A stretch of DNA of 63,166 bases, filler included, from Licmophora abbreviata (taxonomy: Eukaryota): NCBI GenBank assembly GCA_900291995.1. It is 6 parts of 6 records of this genome, joined end to end, with 100 filler letters (N's around TTAATTAATTAA, not from the genome) between each part and the next. Parts side by side here need not be neighbours in the genome. Positions count along the whole stretch, not along the records: positions 22,066 to 37,751 come from OLMU01003353.1; 5 more parts are not named here. One strand, 5' to 3'. The position numbers were made by a program, and so were the translations under genes. Positions 23,352-33,434 of the stretch are shown here, piece after piece. The notes below the pieces were generated by a model. That model saw only the letters and a list, made by a program, of their open reading frames with translations, was not told the origin of the DNA and ran no database searches. The first letter of the stretch is position 1, and every line of letters begins with the position of its first letter.

Positions 23352-25061
23352 ATGTTGCTTCAATTAATCCCTCATCAGGTTCATATACCACCGCTTCTAT
23401 TGTTATCGGGATGCATCTTGGTACTCCAAGCATCCTTGCTGATGCGAATGTTGCCGTCCATTTCAGAAGTCGTCGTCATGCAGCGTGGTGGCGTAGGGCA
23501 CATGATGCAGTCATCGTCGAGGGAACATAGAGAGGAAGGGACCGATCCGAATAGCTTACGACATGGAGAGAATCCTCAGGAGATGAACGCAGCCACTGTC
23601 TCTCATCAACGACTACCAAGGGCCACTGATGACTCCGCCTATAGTACCTTCCCCAAGTCGCCCATCATGACATCATCATCATCATCATCATCCATTGGGA
23701 ATCATGACAGACTCACCGGAGACCATCATCCGGACGACAAGCGTCCGTTTCCAACCTACCAGTCCTACCCACGATGGGGTGATACGAGAGCAATTGACTT
23801 TGAAGAGTTCTTGCGCCACATCCAGAATGATTTGTTGGCTCAGACTCAACACTTTCCAGAGACACTTTACGTTATACGGCCCAACCATGAGCTTTGGGTC
23901 TCACACACGCTGCGGGAAAGACAGTTTGGGTTTCTTGCCCACGATCGAATTGATCCTATGGAGACCTTATTTTATGAGGCACTGCAGTATCTACTTCGTA
24001 CTCGCAAAGACACGGTAGGTACTCGATGGAAGGCACTGCGGAGCGCATTGGAGGAGACGGATGGGGTGGGCGTCCCATTCGTGGCCATCTATCGTGACTA
24101 TACGGGGTGCGGGGGCAGAAATCGACGGGCTCTCATTGACAGCAACTATACACTATCTATGCTCCCCATCTTTTCTCTCTGTGGGACTGTATCCCCCGAT
24201 TGTGAATATGCCTTTCCTGTCCCGACGTACTTTGTTGTCAAGACGGCACGTCAGGATTGGGCATCCCATGTGCGGGTTCAGGAGGAGCACCAACCCTTTC
24301 ATCTCAAGCGTAAGCAGGCCGTGTGGAGAGGAGCTTTCACAGGACGTACATGGAATCACGGACTAAGCAATCAACGCAGTACCATGTACCACCTCTCGAG
24401 AAACCACACTGATGTTCTGGATGTCCAACAAGCAACGCTCGGCCCCCCACACGAGAAACATTTTTTGCCAATGGACAAGTTTCGTAATTATCGTGCGGTT
24501 CTAGATCTGGATGGTGATGCTTGGTCCAAACGATTCGTGGGACTGCTATGCTATAATTCGGTGGTACTCAAGGTCCAGCCTGAGTACATTGACTACTTTC
24601 ATCCAAACCTACAACCGTGGACGCACTACATCCCGGTGAACGCGAATCTCTCTGACTTGGTAGAGAAAGTCACGTATGCTATATCGGACGAGAATATGGA
24701 GACTGTCCGTCAGATCATTCAAAACGCACAGCAGTGGTGTGCAGAACAAGTGGTACGAGAAAGAACCCTTGATCGACAGGAAATACCAAGTAGAATATCC
24801 AATGTCACTCACACTTTAACCGTTTCTCCCGTTTTCCAGACTAAACCGGCCTTGATAGAAGACATGTTGGACATTTGGAATAGCTACGTAGAGTTCTTGA
24901 ACCGAGGGGATCCCTCTTGGCATCAAAAGTGGAGCCTTGCGACTACCAGACGGAAGTTGTGGTCGGAGTTTGACATGGTGCCATTTCGGGCCGTAGGCAC
25001 CACTCAGTACGCGGACGAGCCAGAAGCGTTGGAGTGGACCAAGTTGGAATGGCGACACTGA
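23352..25061 (+). CDS. Glycosyltransferase family 90 (CAP10/Rumi-like); probable in-frame intron 24753-24839
   Basis: N-terminal TM; AVWRGAFTG, YRAVLDLDGDAWSKRF, LQPWTHYIPV. Confidence 0.8.
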   Translation: MLLQLIPHQVHIPPLLLLSGCILVLQASLLMRMLPSISEVVVMQRGGVGHMMQSSSREHREEGTDPNSLRHGENPQEMNAATVSHQRLPRATDDSAYSTFPKSPIMTSSSSSSSIGNHDRLTGDHHPDDKRPFPTYQSYPRWGDTRAIDFEEFLRHIQNDLLAQTQHFPETLYVIRPNHELWVSHTLRERQFGFLAHDRIDPMETLFYEALQYLLRTRKDTVGTRWKALRSALEETDGVGVPFVAIYRDYTGCGGRNRRALIDSNYTLSMLPIFSLCGTVSPDCEYAFPVPTYFVVKTARQDWASHVRVQEEHQPFHLKRKQAVWRGAFTGRTWNHGLSNQRSTMYHLSRNHTDVLDVQQATLGPPHEKHFLPMDKFRNYRAVLDLDGDAWSKRFVGLLCYNSVVLKVQPEYIDYFHPNLQPWTHYIPVNANLSDLVEKVTYAISDENMETVRQIIQNAQQWCAEQVVRERTLDRQEIPSRISNVTHTLTVSPVFQTKPALIEDMLDIWNSYVEFLNRGDPSWHQKWSLATTRRKLWSEFDMVPFRAVGTTQYADEPEALEWTKLEWRH

Positions 25062-25199
25062 TGACATACTAACATTACAACGCTACGGCTTACTCAAATC
25101 ATGTACAATTGTCGAGTTACCAGGGAGACTCATCGCATCAAGACCCCACTCCTTCAGGGCACAGCACCTGCTTCCGTTCCCCACCACGAGTAGTTGCAG

Positions 25200-26873
25200 T
25201 CATCTCGATTTTGGTTTTGTTTCCTCCACCATCTTGCGTAATCTTTCAAGCTCCTGCCCCTGTTGCTTGATCACCTCCTGCAACTTGGAAATATCTGTCG
25301 TAGGACGAGAGGCGTCTTCGATTGGTTCTTCGCACTCAGGAACCGTCCACATGGACGTCTGGTTGGAAGCATGACTGTGTTGTCCATTGAGCTTGCTCGA
25401 CTCGTCATCCCAATAAGAATCCGGATGGAACCCTGCATACATTGTGAGAAGGCCTTCATTGAACATGGCCTGCAACGTCACCAATGGAAGCTCGTTCGGG
25501 ACATTTCGAAATGGATTTTCCAATTCGCGGGCCACCTCGTGCAGTGCCACAAGACACGTTGTAGCAAAGAACGAAAGCAAGGCACCCAGCCATGTTTCTG
25601 ACGTGTACTGATCCATCAAATACGGAACGGTTGGAACCATTAGCAAGATGTAGAACACAGAAAGCTGAGCGTGGGGCATTGGGAAGGGAATGTACATGAT
25701 CTTTCGAGCATGGTTGTAGAATATCATGCCATCAGACAAGAATTGCATGACACGAGAGATAATCGGTGATCCAATTCCACCCATACTACCAGCCAAATGC
25801 TCTCGAACAATGAATTCACTCAACCAGTTCCAGCAGAGCTGAGTTTTGGCTGACGGGCCCCGTGCCATTTGCAAGAACCGAATTTCTGCATCAGAAACAC
25901 CACCAATGACGCCAAGAGGTCGCGATGCATTGTACTTTGTACGCTGAGCGGGAGTTCGATCAGCTCCGAACCAGTGTTTGAGCATAGATGACATCGACTG
26001 ATGATTCGGCTTGCCCTCGATCATGTCGGGATCAACTTCCGGCCACTGTGAGCCAGGCTCGTACACATCCAGCGGCGATTCGGCTCCCTCCACATCGTTT
26101 CGTAGAGTCGACAAGGCGACAGCCATCATCAATGACGACAAGTGCGCTAGCTCCTGCAAAAACAATGGAGGTGTCCTGCCTCCTTTCGTTCCCGCAAATC
26201 CCTCTGAGAAAGCCCAGTCCTCGTCCTCTGGGTCGAAGAAAGTAGCACTGCCTTTTCCAAAATATGCCCCCCATCCCCCATCCAGACGTGGCTTTCCCAT
26301 CAGCGGCCCAGGCTCATCTTCATTCGCTTCCAAGATAGACTTCTGCAATGTTTTATCAGACGAGGAGCGCAGCGAGGGCTTCCTCACCACCTCGATCGAT
26401 TTTGCAACCGCGCGCCCCTTGATGAATTCAGACTCCCGAAGAGACGAACTCCGCTGGCCTCGTTCTCGATCCCGCGTGAGATAATATCGATCCAGATCGG
26501 GATGATTGTAAAAGGAGGGTGGCTTGATCTTATCGTACAGATCCGACTGCAGGTGATAGCATCCTGTGTGAGTCGCCGCATCGAGCCATTTGCTCATGAG
26601 CTGAAAGACCGCCCCCGTGGCCTCCCAGTACCGACCGTAGCCCTGGTTGGCTCGGAAGACAATCAGAAAAGTAACCGAGCCAATCAGCAATCCAACAGCG
26701 TAAGGATGACCCAGGTCTTGGTCCTCCTGAGGCTCGTTGTCGTTCAGTCCGACGTGGATGAAGAGGTAGAATCCCAAACTGAGCAGCCCGGGCAGCATGG
26801 CCCGATACACGGCAGAGCCGTGGAATCGAAACAGCAGATTCAAGCTGAAGACGCCCTTACCGTACGTTATCAT
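25200..26873 (-). CDS. Bestrophin-family anion channel
   Basis: LIVFRANQGYGRYWEA, IPFPMPHAQL, VARELENPF and 4 hydrophobic segments. Confidence 0.85.
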   Translation of the reverse strand: MITYGKGVFSLNLLFRFHGSAVYRAMLPGLLSLGFYLFIHVGLNDNEPQEDQDLGHPYAVGLLIGSVTFLIVFRANQGYGRYWEATGAVFQLMSKWLDAATHTGCYHLQSDLYDKIKPPSFYNHPDLDRYYLTRDRERGQRSSSLRESEFIKGRAVAKSIEVVRKPSLRSSSDKTLQKSILEANEDEPGPLMGKPRLDGGWGAYFGKGSATFFDPEDEDWAFSEGFAGTKGGRTPPLFLQELAHLSSLMMAVALSTLRNDVEGAESPLDVYEPGSQWPEVDPDMIEGKPNHQSMSSMLKHWFGADRTPAQRTKYNASRPLGVIGGVSDAEIRFLQMARGPSAKTQLCWNWLSEFIVREHLAGSMGGIGSPIISRVMQFLSDGMIFYNHARKIMYIPFPMPHAQLSVFYILLMVPTVPYLMDQYTSETWLGALLSFFATTCLVALHEVARELENPFRNVPNELPLVTLQAMFNEGLLTMYAGFHPDSYWDDESSKLNGQHSHASNQTSMWTVPECEEPIEDASRPTTDISKLQEVIKQQGQELERLRKMVEETKPKSR

Positions 26874-27576
26874 GATGGAGGCAAGAAGAGACAGAGTATA
26901 ATTTAGAGAATGATGCGATGCTCTTTACTCTCTCTCTACCTATGCTGTGTTGCTGCTGCGCTTCTGTTGGAATGCGCGCGGCGGCGAAGGGCGTGCTGGC
27001 ATCATCAACATTTTGCTAGCCGGACTAACTCTCTACTAGACCTCGTTTCTTGTATTCATCATTAATGCTAAACAATCATCGCCATGAACAACGATTTGAT
27101 TCATTCGATTCTTGGCGGCCGGTGGAACCCCCCCGATAGACTACCACAAAAAACCAAAAAAGCGGCGACTATTCGTACTAGTCTACGAGACCCTACCGGT
27201 AGGCGAAAGAGGCGGAGGCTCGTTGCAACACAAATATACAAGGTCCACCCTGTTGTTGAGCCTGGCCGTGGGGGTGGTATACGCATCTTCCATATCACCC
27301 TCTGGGTAGTTTGAAGCCACGCAGGTATGTGACGTCAATTGCGAACTCCTACACAGAGCTTGTACAGTCAGCGTCTCTCTCAGGTCATTAGAGAAGCTGA
27401 AAACGCTCTGATAATATGACACCGTCCATAAAAATAGTTATTGGGCCTTACTATGACCACAATAACAAGCGACGTGAGAGCATCTTGTAGTTTGAAGTTG
27501 TGACTGATGTGTGTCTCTACATGTGACCTGCCCATTCATTGCATTGAATAGATGCATTGACGTCGTTCTCTTCAAA

Positions 27577-29004
27577 ATGACGAAGCGTTCGCACCGAAGA
27601 AGGAGACAAGGAAGGCGTAAAGCCGGCCATGCTGCAACAGGTATGCTTCTGGCGTCCTTGTTCTGTCTTGCAGCCTTTCTAGGACTGCAAGGGAGTTCCA
27701 ACCAGACCAAAATGACCCATCCACCAGGAGCACTCCGCGCCACTTCTAGCACCCAACTGGTATCCGTGTCTAAATCTAAGCGGATACACCCTCCTTCTCT
27801 ATCATCAAGCTCGGTTACAGCAGAGGGTGAGCCGACAAAGTCGAATTCGATCTGGACGAAGCCTGCACAACAGAATACAGCATCAGCATCAGCTTCAGGT
27901 GTCGATGTCATGCTTTCCCGACTGCCCAAGACACTACAGCTACAGCTCCTCCAAGAAGAGAGGGACCAGAAAGCCCCTACAACCAGCAATCCCACACATG
28001 CCAATCCTGGTCGAGGGCACTCGTCACAACAGCCTGCATCCGACGAAACGGGCGCTAAATCGCCCATTGCTCCAGAACGGAACCCTAACAGCCTTTCACG
28101 ACAAACGGCGACCGAAAACGACTTGATTCCAGCAGCGCTGGAAAATATTGCAAATGTAGGCACTCCCTATGACCCTCAAAAAGACACTCCTCTCTTTTGG
28201 CACTTGCCGAAGAGTGGTGGGACGAGTATCAAACACATGTACACCGACTGCTACCAGCTTGTTGAGGCCTGCGAGAACGGGGTGACCGAAGGCCACGGCA
28301 ACGAACCTACACTCCAGGTCGTCGAGCTACGAAACAAATGGCGTGTTGTCAACGTAGACACAACGCTCGAAGCAGGCATCGACCGCGCCGCGGCCCTCGA
28401 CCTGATTCCGTCGCGACAAGCCCATCTGATCGTGACGCCCTTGTTGCAGTCGTCGGCCACCAAGCTGTTTTCGCAGGAGCACAAAGCGCGACTCTTTACC
28501 ATCTTCCGAGATCCACTGGAAAGGGTGGTGAGTCTCTTTTACTATTTGCAAAAAGCCGACTGGGAACCGACGTACAACCCAGTGCTCCGAAACATGACTC
28601 TGGAGCAGTATGCTAACTCGAGCTTACTTGAAAGTAACTTTGTGACTCGACTGCTGCTGGACAAGATGGAGGCACCTCTGGAAGAGCGCGACTTTTCTCG
28701 CTTGACAGAGATCCTTAGATCGAAGTGTTTAGTCGGACTCCTAGAAGATGGTCTACTCCAGGAGAGTGTGGAACGGTTTGACAAGTACTTTGGTTTCACT
28801 CCAGCTAGGCCCGAGTGCAAGCCAGGCTACTTACAACAAGGTACAAATCGCCACTCGCATCCTAGACTTCCCGCCAAAGATACGTTTGCTTACAAAGAAA
28901 TGGCACGAAAGAACCATATGGACTTGCGCCTATACAAATTTGTTCAGAATCTATTCATGGAACAGGCAGTTCTCTTTGAAGAGCGAGGGACAACGAAAAA
29001 CTAG
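27577..29004 (+). CDS. Type II membrane sulfotransferase-like protein
   Basis: TM LLASLFCLAAFLGL; FWHLPKSGGTS, FRDPLERVVSLFYYLQKADWEPTY, NHMDLRLY; third paralogue in the window. Confidence 0.82.
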   Translation: MTKRSHRRRRQGRRKAGHAATGMLLASLFCLAAFLGLQGSSNQTKMTHPPGALRATSSTQLVSVSKSKRIHPPSLSSSSVTAEGEPTKSNSIWTKPAQQNTASASASGVDVMLSRLPKTLQLQLLQEERDQKAPTTSNPTHANPGRGHSSQQPASDETGAKSPIAPERNPNSLSRQTATENDLIPAALENIANVGTPYDPQKDTPLFWHLPKSGGTSIKHMYTDCYQLVEACENGVTEGHGNEPTLQVVELRNKWRVVNVDTTLEAGIDRAAALDLIPSRQAHLIVTPLLQSSATKLFSQEHKARLFTIFRDPLERVVSLFYYLQKADWEPTYNPVLRNMTLEQYANSSLLESNFVTRLLLDKMEAPLEERDFSRLTEILRSKCLVGLLEDGLLQESVERFDKYFGFTPARPECKPGYLQQGTNRHSHPRLPAKDTFAYKEMARKNHMDLRLYKFVQNLFMEQAVLFEERGTTKN

Positions 29005-29439
29005 CGATGAACTGTAGATTCCTCACCCGCTATAAACTCTTGTATAACTACATGCATGGCGAATGAAACGGTGCTATCATGCATACTCTATTGTTTCTCC
29101 GGTTGGTACTCCCAACGAAAATTGACGATAGGTCCCACTTACGAGCTGCTCGATGAGGAATACATACGCAGGAGACACAGTCCACGACGTGAGCATAGTC
29201 TCCCATACCTCTTTTGCGACGGCAGCAACGTATTCATCCTCACATCGGTTGTCTTTTTCAACAAGGTTTCACAAAACGTCGCCCCGCGTGGAACAGAACG
29301 CCTACTATTCGCAAGACAAGAACGCCACGCGCGCGCCGAGCACAGAAAGGTGATGCCTTTCACGCCGTGAAACGCAAGTTCAAAGTCGAATGTAGGCATA
29401 CTGGCGCTGTGTCCAAGCCACATTTCATTTCACCGCACA

Positions 29440-31112
29440 ATGAGGTCACTAGCATCCTCCTGCGGAATTGCAATGCGATGGAGTGTCTTGAAACTCCTGA
29501 AAAGACTGTCTTCAATAAGCCCTCATGTTCGACCGCTTTCAATTATTTGCGAGTCTTCATCGGCGATCTCACAACATTCCGGCCTGAGGAGTCCAACTCC
29601 GGCCGATGCAGACGAGTTCCTAAAGCGCATGAACCATCGCAATGGATCTGTGGTTACCGATGATGAAATTCTTAAAGCGCATAACCAAGATTGGAGTGTA
29701 CGTACCCTTTGTTCTTAAAAAAAACTGTGATGTGGCATCATCCATCGACTGACAGCTGCTCTTCTTGGTGATTTCGATGCGCCTACACACAGAACAAGTG
29801 GACAGGACGATCTCGCATCATGGTGCGGCCACAATCGACGCAAGAGGTAGCCTCAATACTGCAATATTGCAACGAGAATCGTATCGGAGTCGTTCCTCAG
29901 GCCGGAAATACGGGGCTGGTTGGCGGCAGTGTTCCGATCGCAGATGAAGTTATTGTCAGTGTCAAGAGCATGAATCAGATCGAAGGGCTTGACGAGGCCA
30001 GTGGTATTCTCAAATGCGATGCTGGCTGTGTTTTACAAGACTTGCAGACCTACGCGACGAGACGAGAGTACATGATCCCGGTCGACATTGGGGCCAAAGG
30101 ATCTTGCTGCATAGGAGGCAACGTGAGCACCAACGCTGGCGGCCAGTACTTTCGTCGATACGGGTCGATGCACGCCAACGTGCTCGGAGTGGAAGCAGCA
30201 CTGCCCGATGGCAGGATACTAGACCTGATGAAGTCAGTGAATCTGAAAGACAACACGGGATATGACATGAAACAGCTCTTTATCGGGGCCGAGGGGACGC
30301 TTGGGATCGTAACGCGAGTAGCACTGCTGTGTCCGCGACTTCCCAAGGCCCGGGATGTCGCGTTTCTCGCATGCAGTGACTTCGAGGCTGTTCAGAAGCT
30401 ATTGGCGCTTGCAAAGGATATACTTGGGGAGGTTCTTGCTGCGTTCGAGTATATGGACTGTGCCGTACTGAATCTTATCAAGAAGCACATGGCGATTCCC
30501 GTCACCATGAATGAATCGGTGAACTACCCATTCTGTGTGTTGATAGAGACACACGGTTCCAACAAGGAGCATAACACTACCAAAATGGAAGCATTTATCG
30601 AAGCAGCAATGAAAACTGAGACGGTTGTCGACGGTATACTTTCACAAGATCTGACACAGGTGAATGACATGTGGGAAGTTAGGGAGTACGCTGGTCCAGC
30701 GGTATCACAAGCGGGCTACATCTACAAGTACGACATCTCCATTCCGGTCCCCGAATTTGAAGATTTGACAAATGAGGTCCGGAAGAACTTGGGAGGCCAA
30801 TCGACTGCTACTGTCATTGCCAACTGGGGGCACATAATGGATGGCAATCAACACCTGAATGTTGTCACACCTGACGTGTTCGAGCCGACTCCGGAGGTAC
30901 TAGAGCATCTCGAACCCTTTATTTTTGAATCAGTGGTTCGTCGTGGAGGATCGATATCTGCCGAGCATGGACTGGGCCAATGCAAGAATGACTATCTTCC
31001 AATGTGCAGAGAAACGACAAGCTTGGATGTGATGTCGGCAATCAAGACGATGTTCGACCCTAATGGCATTATGAATCCTGGAAAATTTCTTCCTGAGACA
31101 ATCATACCATAG
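29440..31112 (+). CDS. D2HGDH: D-2-hydroxyglutarate dehydrogenase-like FAD-linked oxidase, mitochondrial; 2 exons (intron 29698-29792)
   Basis: NQDWS/NKWTG joined by splicing, PQAGNTGLVGGSVP, GSCCIGGNVSTNAGG, KDNTGYDMKQLFIGAEGTLG, GHIMDGNQHLN, SISAEHGLG, FDPNGIMNPGK. Confidence 0.88.
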
Positions 31113-31192
31113 TCAAACAGACACTGCAGCCCTCAAGAGCTTCCGGGTAAGTCGATCGATTTATTGTATTTATACCAAACGAAAGTCATCTC

Positions 31193-33082
31193 TCACATCC
31201 CATTCTTCATTGCCTCCAGATCTTGCATGTAATCACCGGTCGGCATGAGGTTGTAGTTCTTGCTCAATACCTGCAATACATTGGGAGAAATGTAGGCGGG
31301 GATCGAGGGACCCAGTCGAATGTTCTTGACGCCAAGGTGCAGCAACGTCAAGAGAACTGCCGCAGCCTTTTGTTCCAAGTGCGATACGGCCAACGATAGA
31401 GGCAAGTCATTGATACTGCAGTCGAGCGCCTTGGCGAGTTCAGTGGCAACAACTACGGCAGAGTATGCATCGTTACACTGACCCATGTCCAACACTCGAG
31501 GAAGTCCGTTCGGCAAGGTCGCATTTAGTAGCTTGTCACTGTGAATCACGCGGTTCTTGGCACAGCCCAAGGTGAGAATGATGGAATCCTCTGGTGTTTC
31601 CTCTGCGAGATCGGTGAAATAGTTCCGATTCCACTGACTACCGTCACAACCTCCAATCAAAAAGATCCTGGACAACTCTCCACTCTTGGCGGCCGCAATA
31701 ATCTGATCCGCCAGTGGCAAGACTGCGCGATGATTGAATCCTGTTGTAAGGTACTGTGGAGGTTGGATTGTACGCTCAAAGCCCTTGCATTCCTTGGCTT
31801 GCGCAATCACCTCAGTAAAGTCCCTATCCTCTCCGATATGCTTCACGTCATCGTAACCTGCTTCATTCATCGTATAGATACGATTCTTGTAGATTCGACG
31901 CGGTTCAATGATACAGTTGGTCGTGACAATGACGGGGCCAGGAAAGGAGGCAAACTCAAACTTTTGATTCTGCCAGGCCGTTCCGTAGTTTCCGACGAGA
32001 TGGTCGTACTTCCTCAGTTCGGGATAGGCATGCGCCGGCATCATTTCACCGTGAGTATACACATTGACACCCGTGCCTTCGGTTTGCTCCAACAAGGCAT
32101 GCAAGTCTTTCAGGTCATGCCCAGAAACGAGAATAGCCTTGCCCGCCACAGCCGTCGTGCAGACTTGAGACGGTCCTGGTTCTCCAAAGACAGTTGCATG
32201 TGCTGTGTCCAGGAGACCGAGTACTTTCGCCGAAATGGCACCGACGTTGTCGACAAGCTTCAACAAGCCATCCATGTCTGCCTCATCGGATGCCAACTGA
32301 ACAAAGCTCTGGTGAATGCCCTCCATGATGGAATCGTCCACATGTCCTAACTGAAGACAGTGCGTCGCATACGCACACGCCCCCTTGAGTCCGTAGGTGG
32401 CAATCTCATTCAACGAAAAACAGTCATCGTTGTTCATCTGTGCCATGCGTGTCGGAATTGAGACGGTCTTTCCAAAGAGTTCCAGATCGTCAAGCGAGTG
32501 GAGAGTGTCGGAAGTGAGCTGTAAGGAAGCAATAGGTTCCGTAGGAGCTGATCCACCCTTGCCTTCGACGACTCCCTTCAAGTGTGTCTGAATGTCCATG
32601 CCCTGTTGAATGTACTGTTGAATCCTCATCTCACTAAAGTTGACATTAGTCAGTGTACTAAAGGTAGCCTTGAGCGTCCACTCATTGGCCTCAGCGAGTT
32701 CCATGTTTGTAGCTCTTGCAGCACGTGCAGCCATGGCCCAACTGCTGACACTCTTGACGACGTGAACGAGGGCATCTTGGATACTAGCCGTTTCAGGTGT
32801 CTTGCCACAGACTCCCAAGGACGTACAGGCAAAGTGATCTTTGGTTTGTTCGCATTGACGACAGAACATCTCGGGGTTGACTACTTTGGCAGAGTACGGA
32901 GCAGCTGCGGTCGAAAATAAGCTAGAGGGAGTCGTCGTAGTACTGCTGGACAGTGATGATACGGTGGGAAGTGCTCGACGAAGCGTGATCCGACGAGGAG
33001 GAGCCACAGTCGTAGTGCGTACGGACGATGCCATCGCACTGCGGGACTTGCCGATGGCCTGGATGGCGGCACGAGAGAACAT
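31193..33082 (-). CDS. hcp: Hybrid-cluster protein (prismane; NO/hydroxylamine reductase) with mitochondrial-type presequence
   Basis: MFCRQCEQT-x5-CTSLGVCGK cubane motif; SGHDL, YTHGEM, TTNC, GGCDG, LGCAK, DMGQCND, EQKA; R/S/T-rich acid-free N-terminus from ATG 33082. Confidence 0.95.
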   Translation of the reverse strand: MFSRAAIQAIGKSRSAMASSVRTTTVAPPRRITLRRALPTVSSLSSSTTTTPSSLFSTAAAPYSAKVVNPEMFCRQCEQTKDHFACTSLGVCGKTPETASIQDALVHVVKSVSSWAMAARAARATNMELAEANEWTLKATFSTLTNVNFSEMRIQQYIQQGMDIQTHLKGVVEGKGGSAPTEPIASLQLTSDTLHSLDDLELFGKTVSIPTRMAQMNNDDCFSLNEIATYGLKGACAYATHCLQLGHVDDSIMEGIHQSFVQLASDEADMDGLLKLVDNVGAISAKVLGLLDTAHATVFGEPGPSQVCTTAVAGKAILVSGHDLKDLHALLEQTEGTGVNVYTHGEMMPAHAYPELRKYDHLVGNYGTAWQNQKFEFASFPGPVIVTTNCIIEPRRIYKNRIYTMNEAGYDDVKHIGEDRDFTEVIAQAKECKGFERTIQPPQYLTTGFNHRAVLPLADQIIAAAKSGELSRIFLIGGCDGSQWNRNYFTDLAEETPEDSIILTLGCAKNRVIHSDKLLNATLPNGLPRVLDMGQCNDAYSAVVVATELAKALDCSINDLPLSLAVSHLEQKAAAVLLTLLHLGVKNIRLGPSIPAYISPNVLQVLSKNYNLMPTGDYMQDLEAMKNGM

Positions 33083-33434
33083 GATGGTGAAGATAGAGAG
33101 AGAGTTTGGATGCTTCAAGTGAATGATCCCAAAAAATATGACGATCTTCTGAACTGCTTTTTCGTTTTTTGTGATGATGATGGGTTCGCATTGATGAAGA
33201 TGGGATGCGACATCTCCAGATGTCATAGTGCGTACTTTTCCATAAATAAGAGTTTCAAGAGGAGTTGAAATTCCAACTCACAAACGTCATGATACCATTC
33301 CATTACAGAAAGTGATCCCATTTGAGTTCGCATTTCGCACGCCGATCACAAAAGTCTGGAAGTTTGGAAGTTGATGGCAAAAAAGAGAACGAATGAGATA
33401 GAGACACACAGTTCGACTCTCTTGAGAATCTATC
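33083..33434. promoter_or_regulatory. Short divergent intergenic region (putative bidirectional promoter) between hcp and the diflavin reductase
   Basis: About 350 bp separates two head-to-head start codons; no specific element recognised. Confidence 0.5.
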
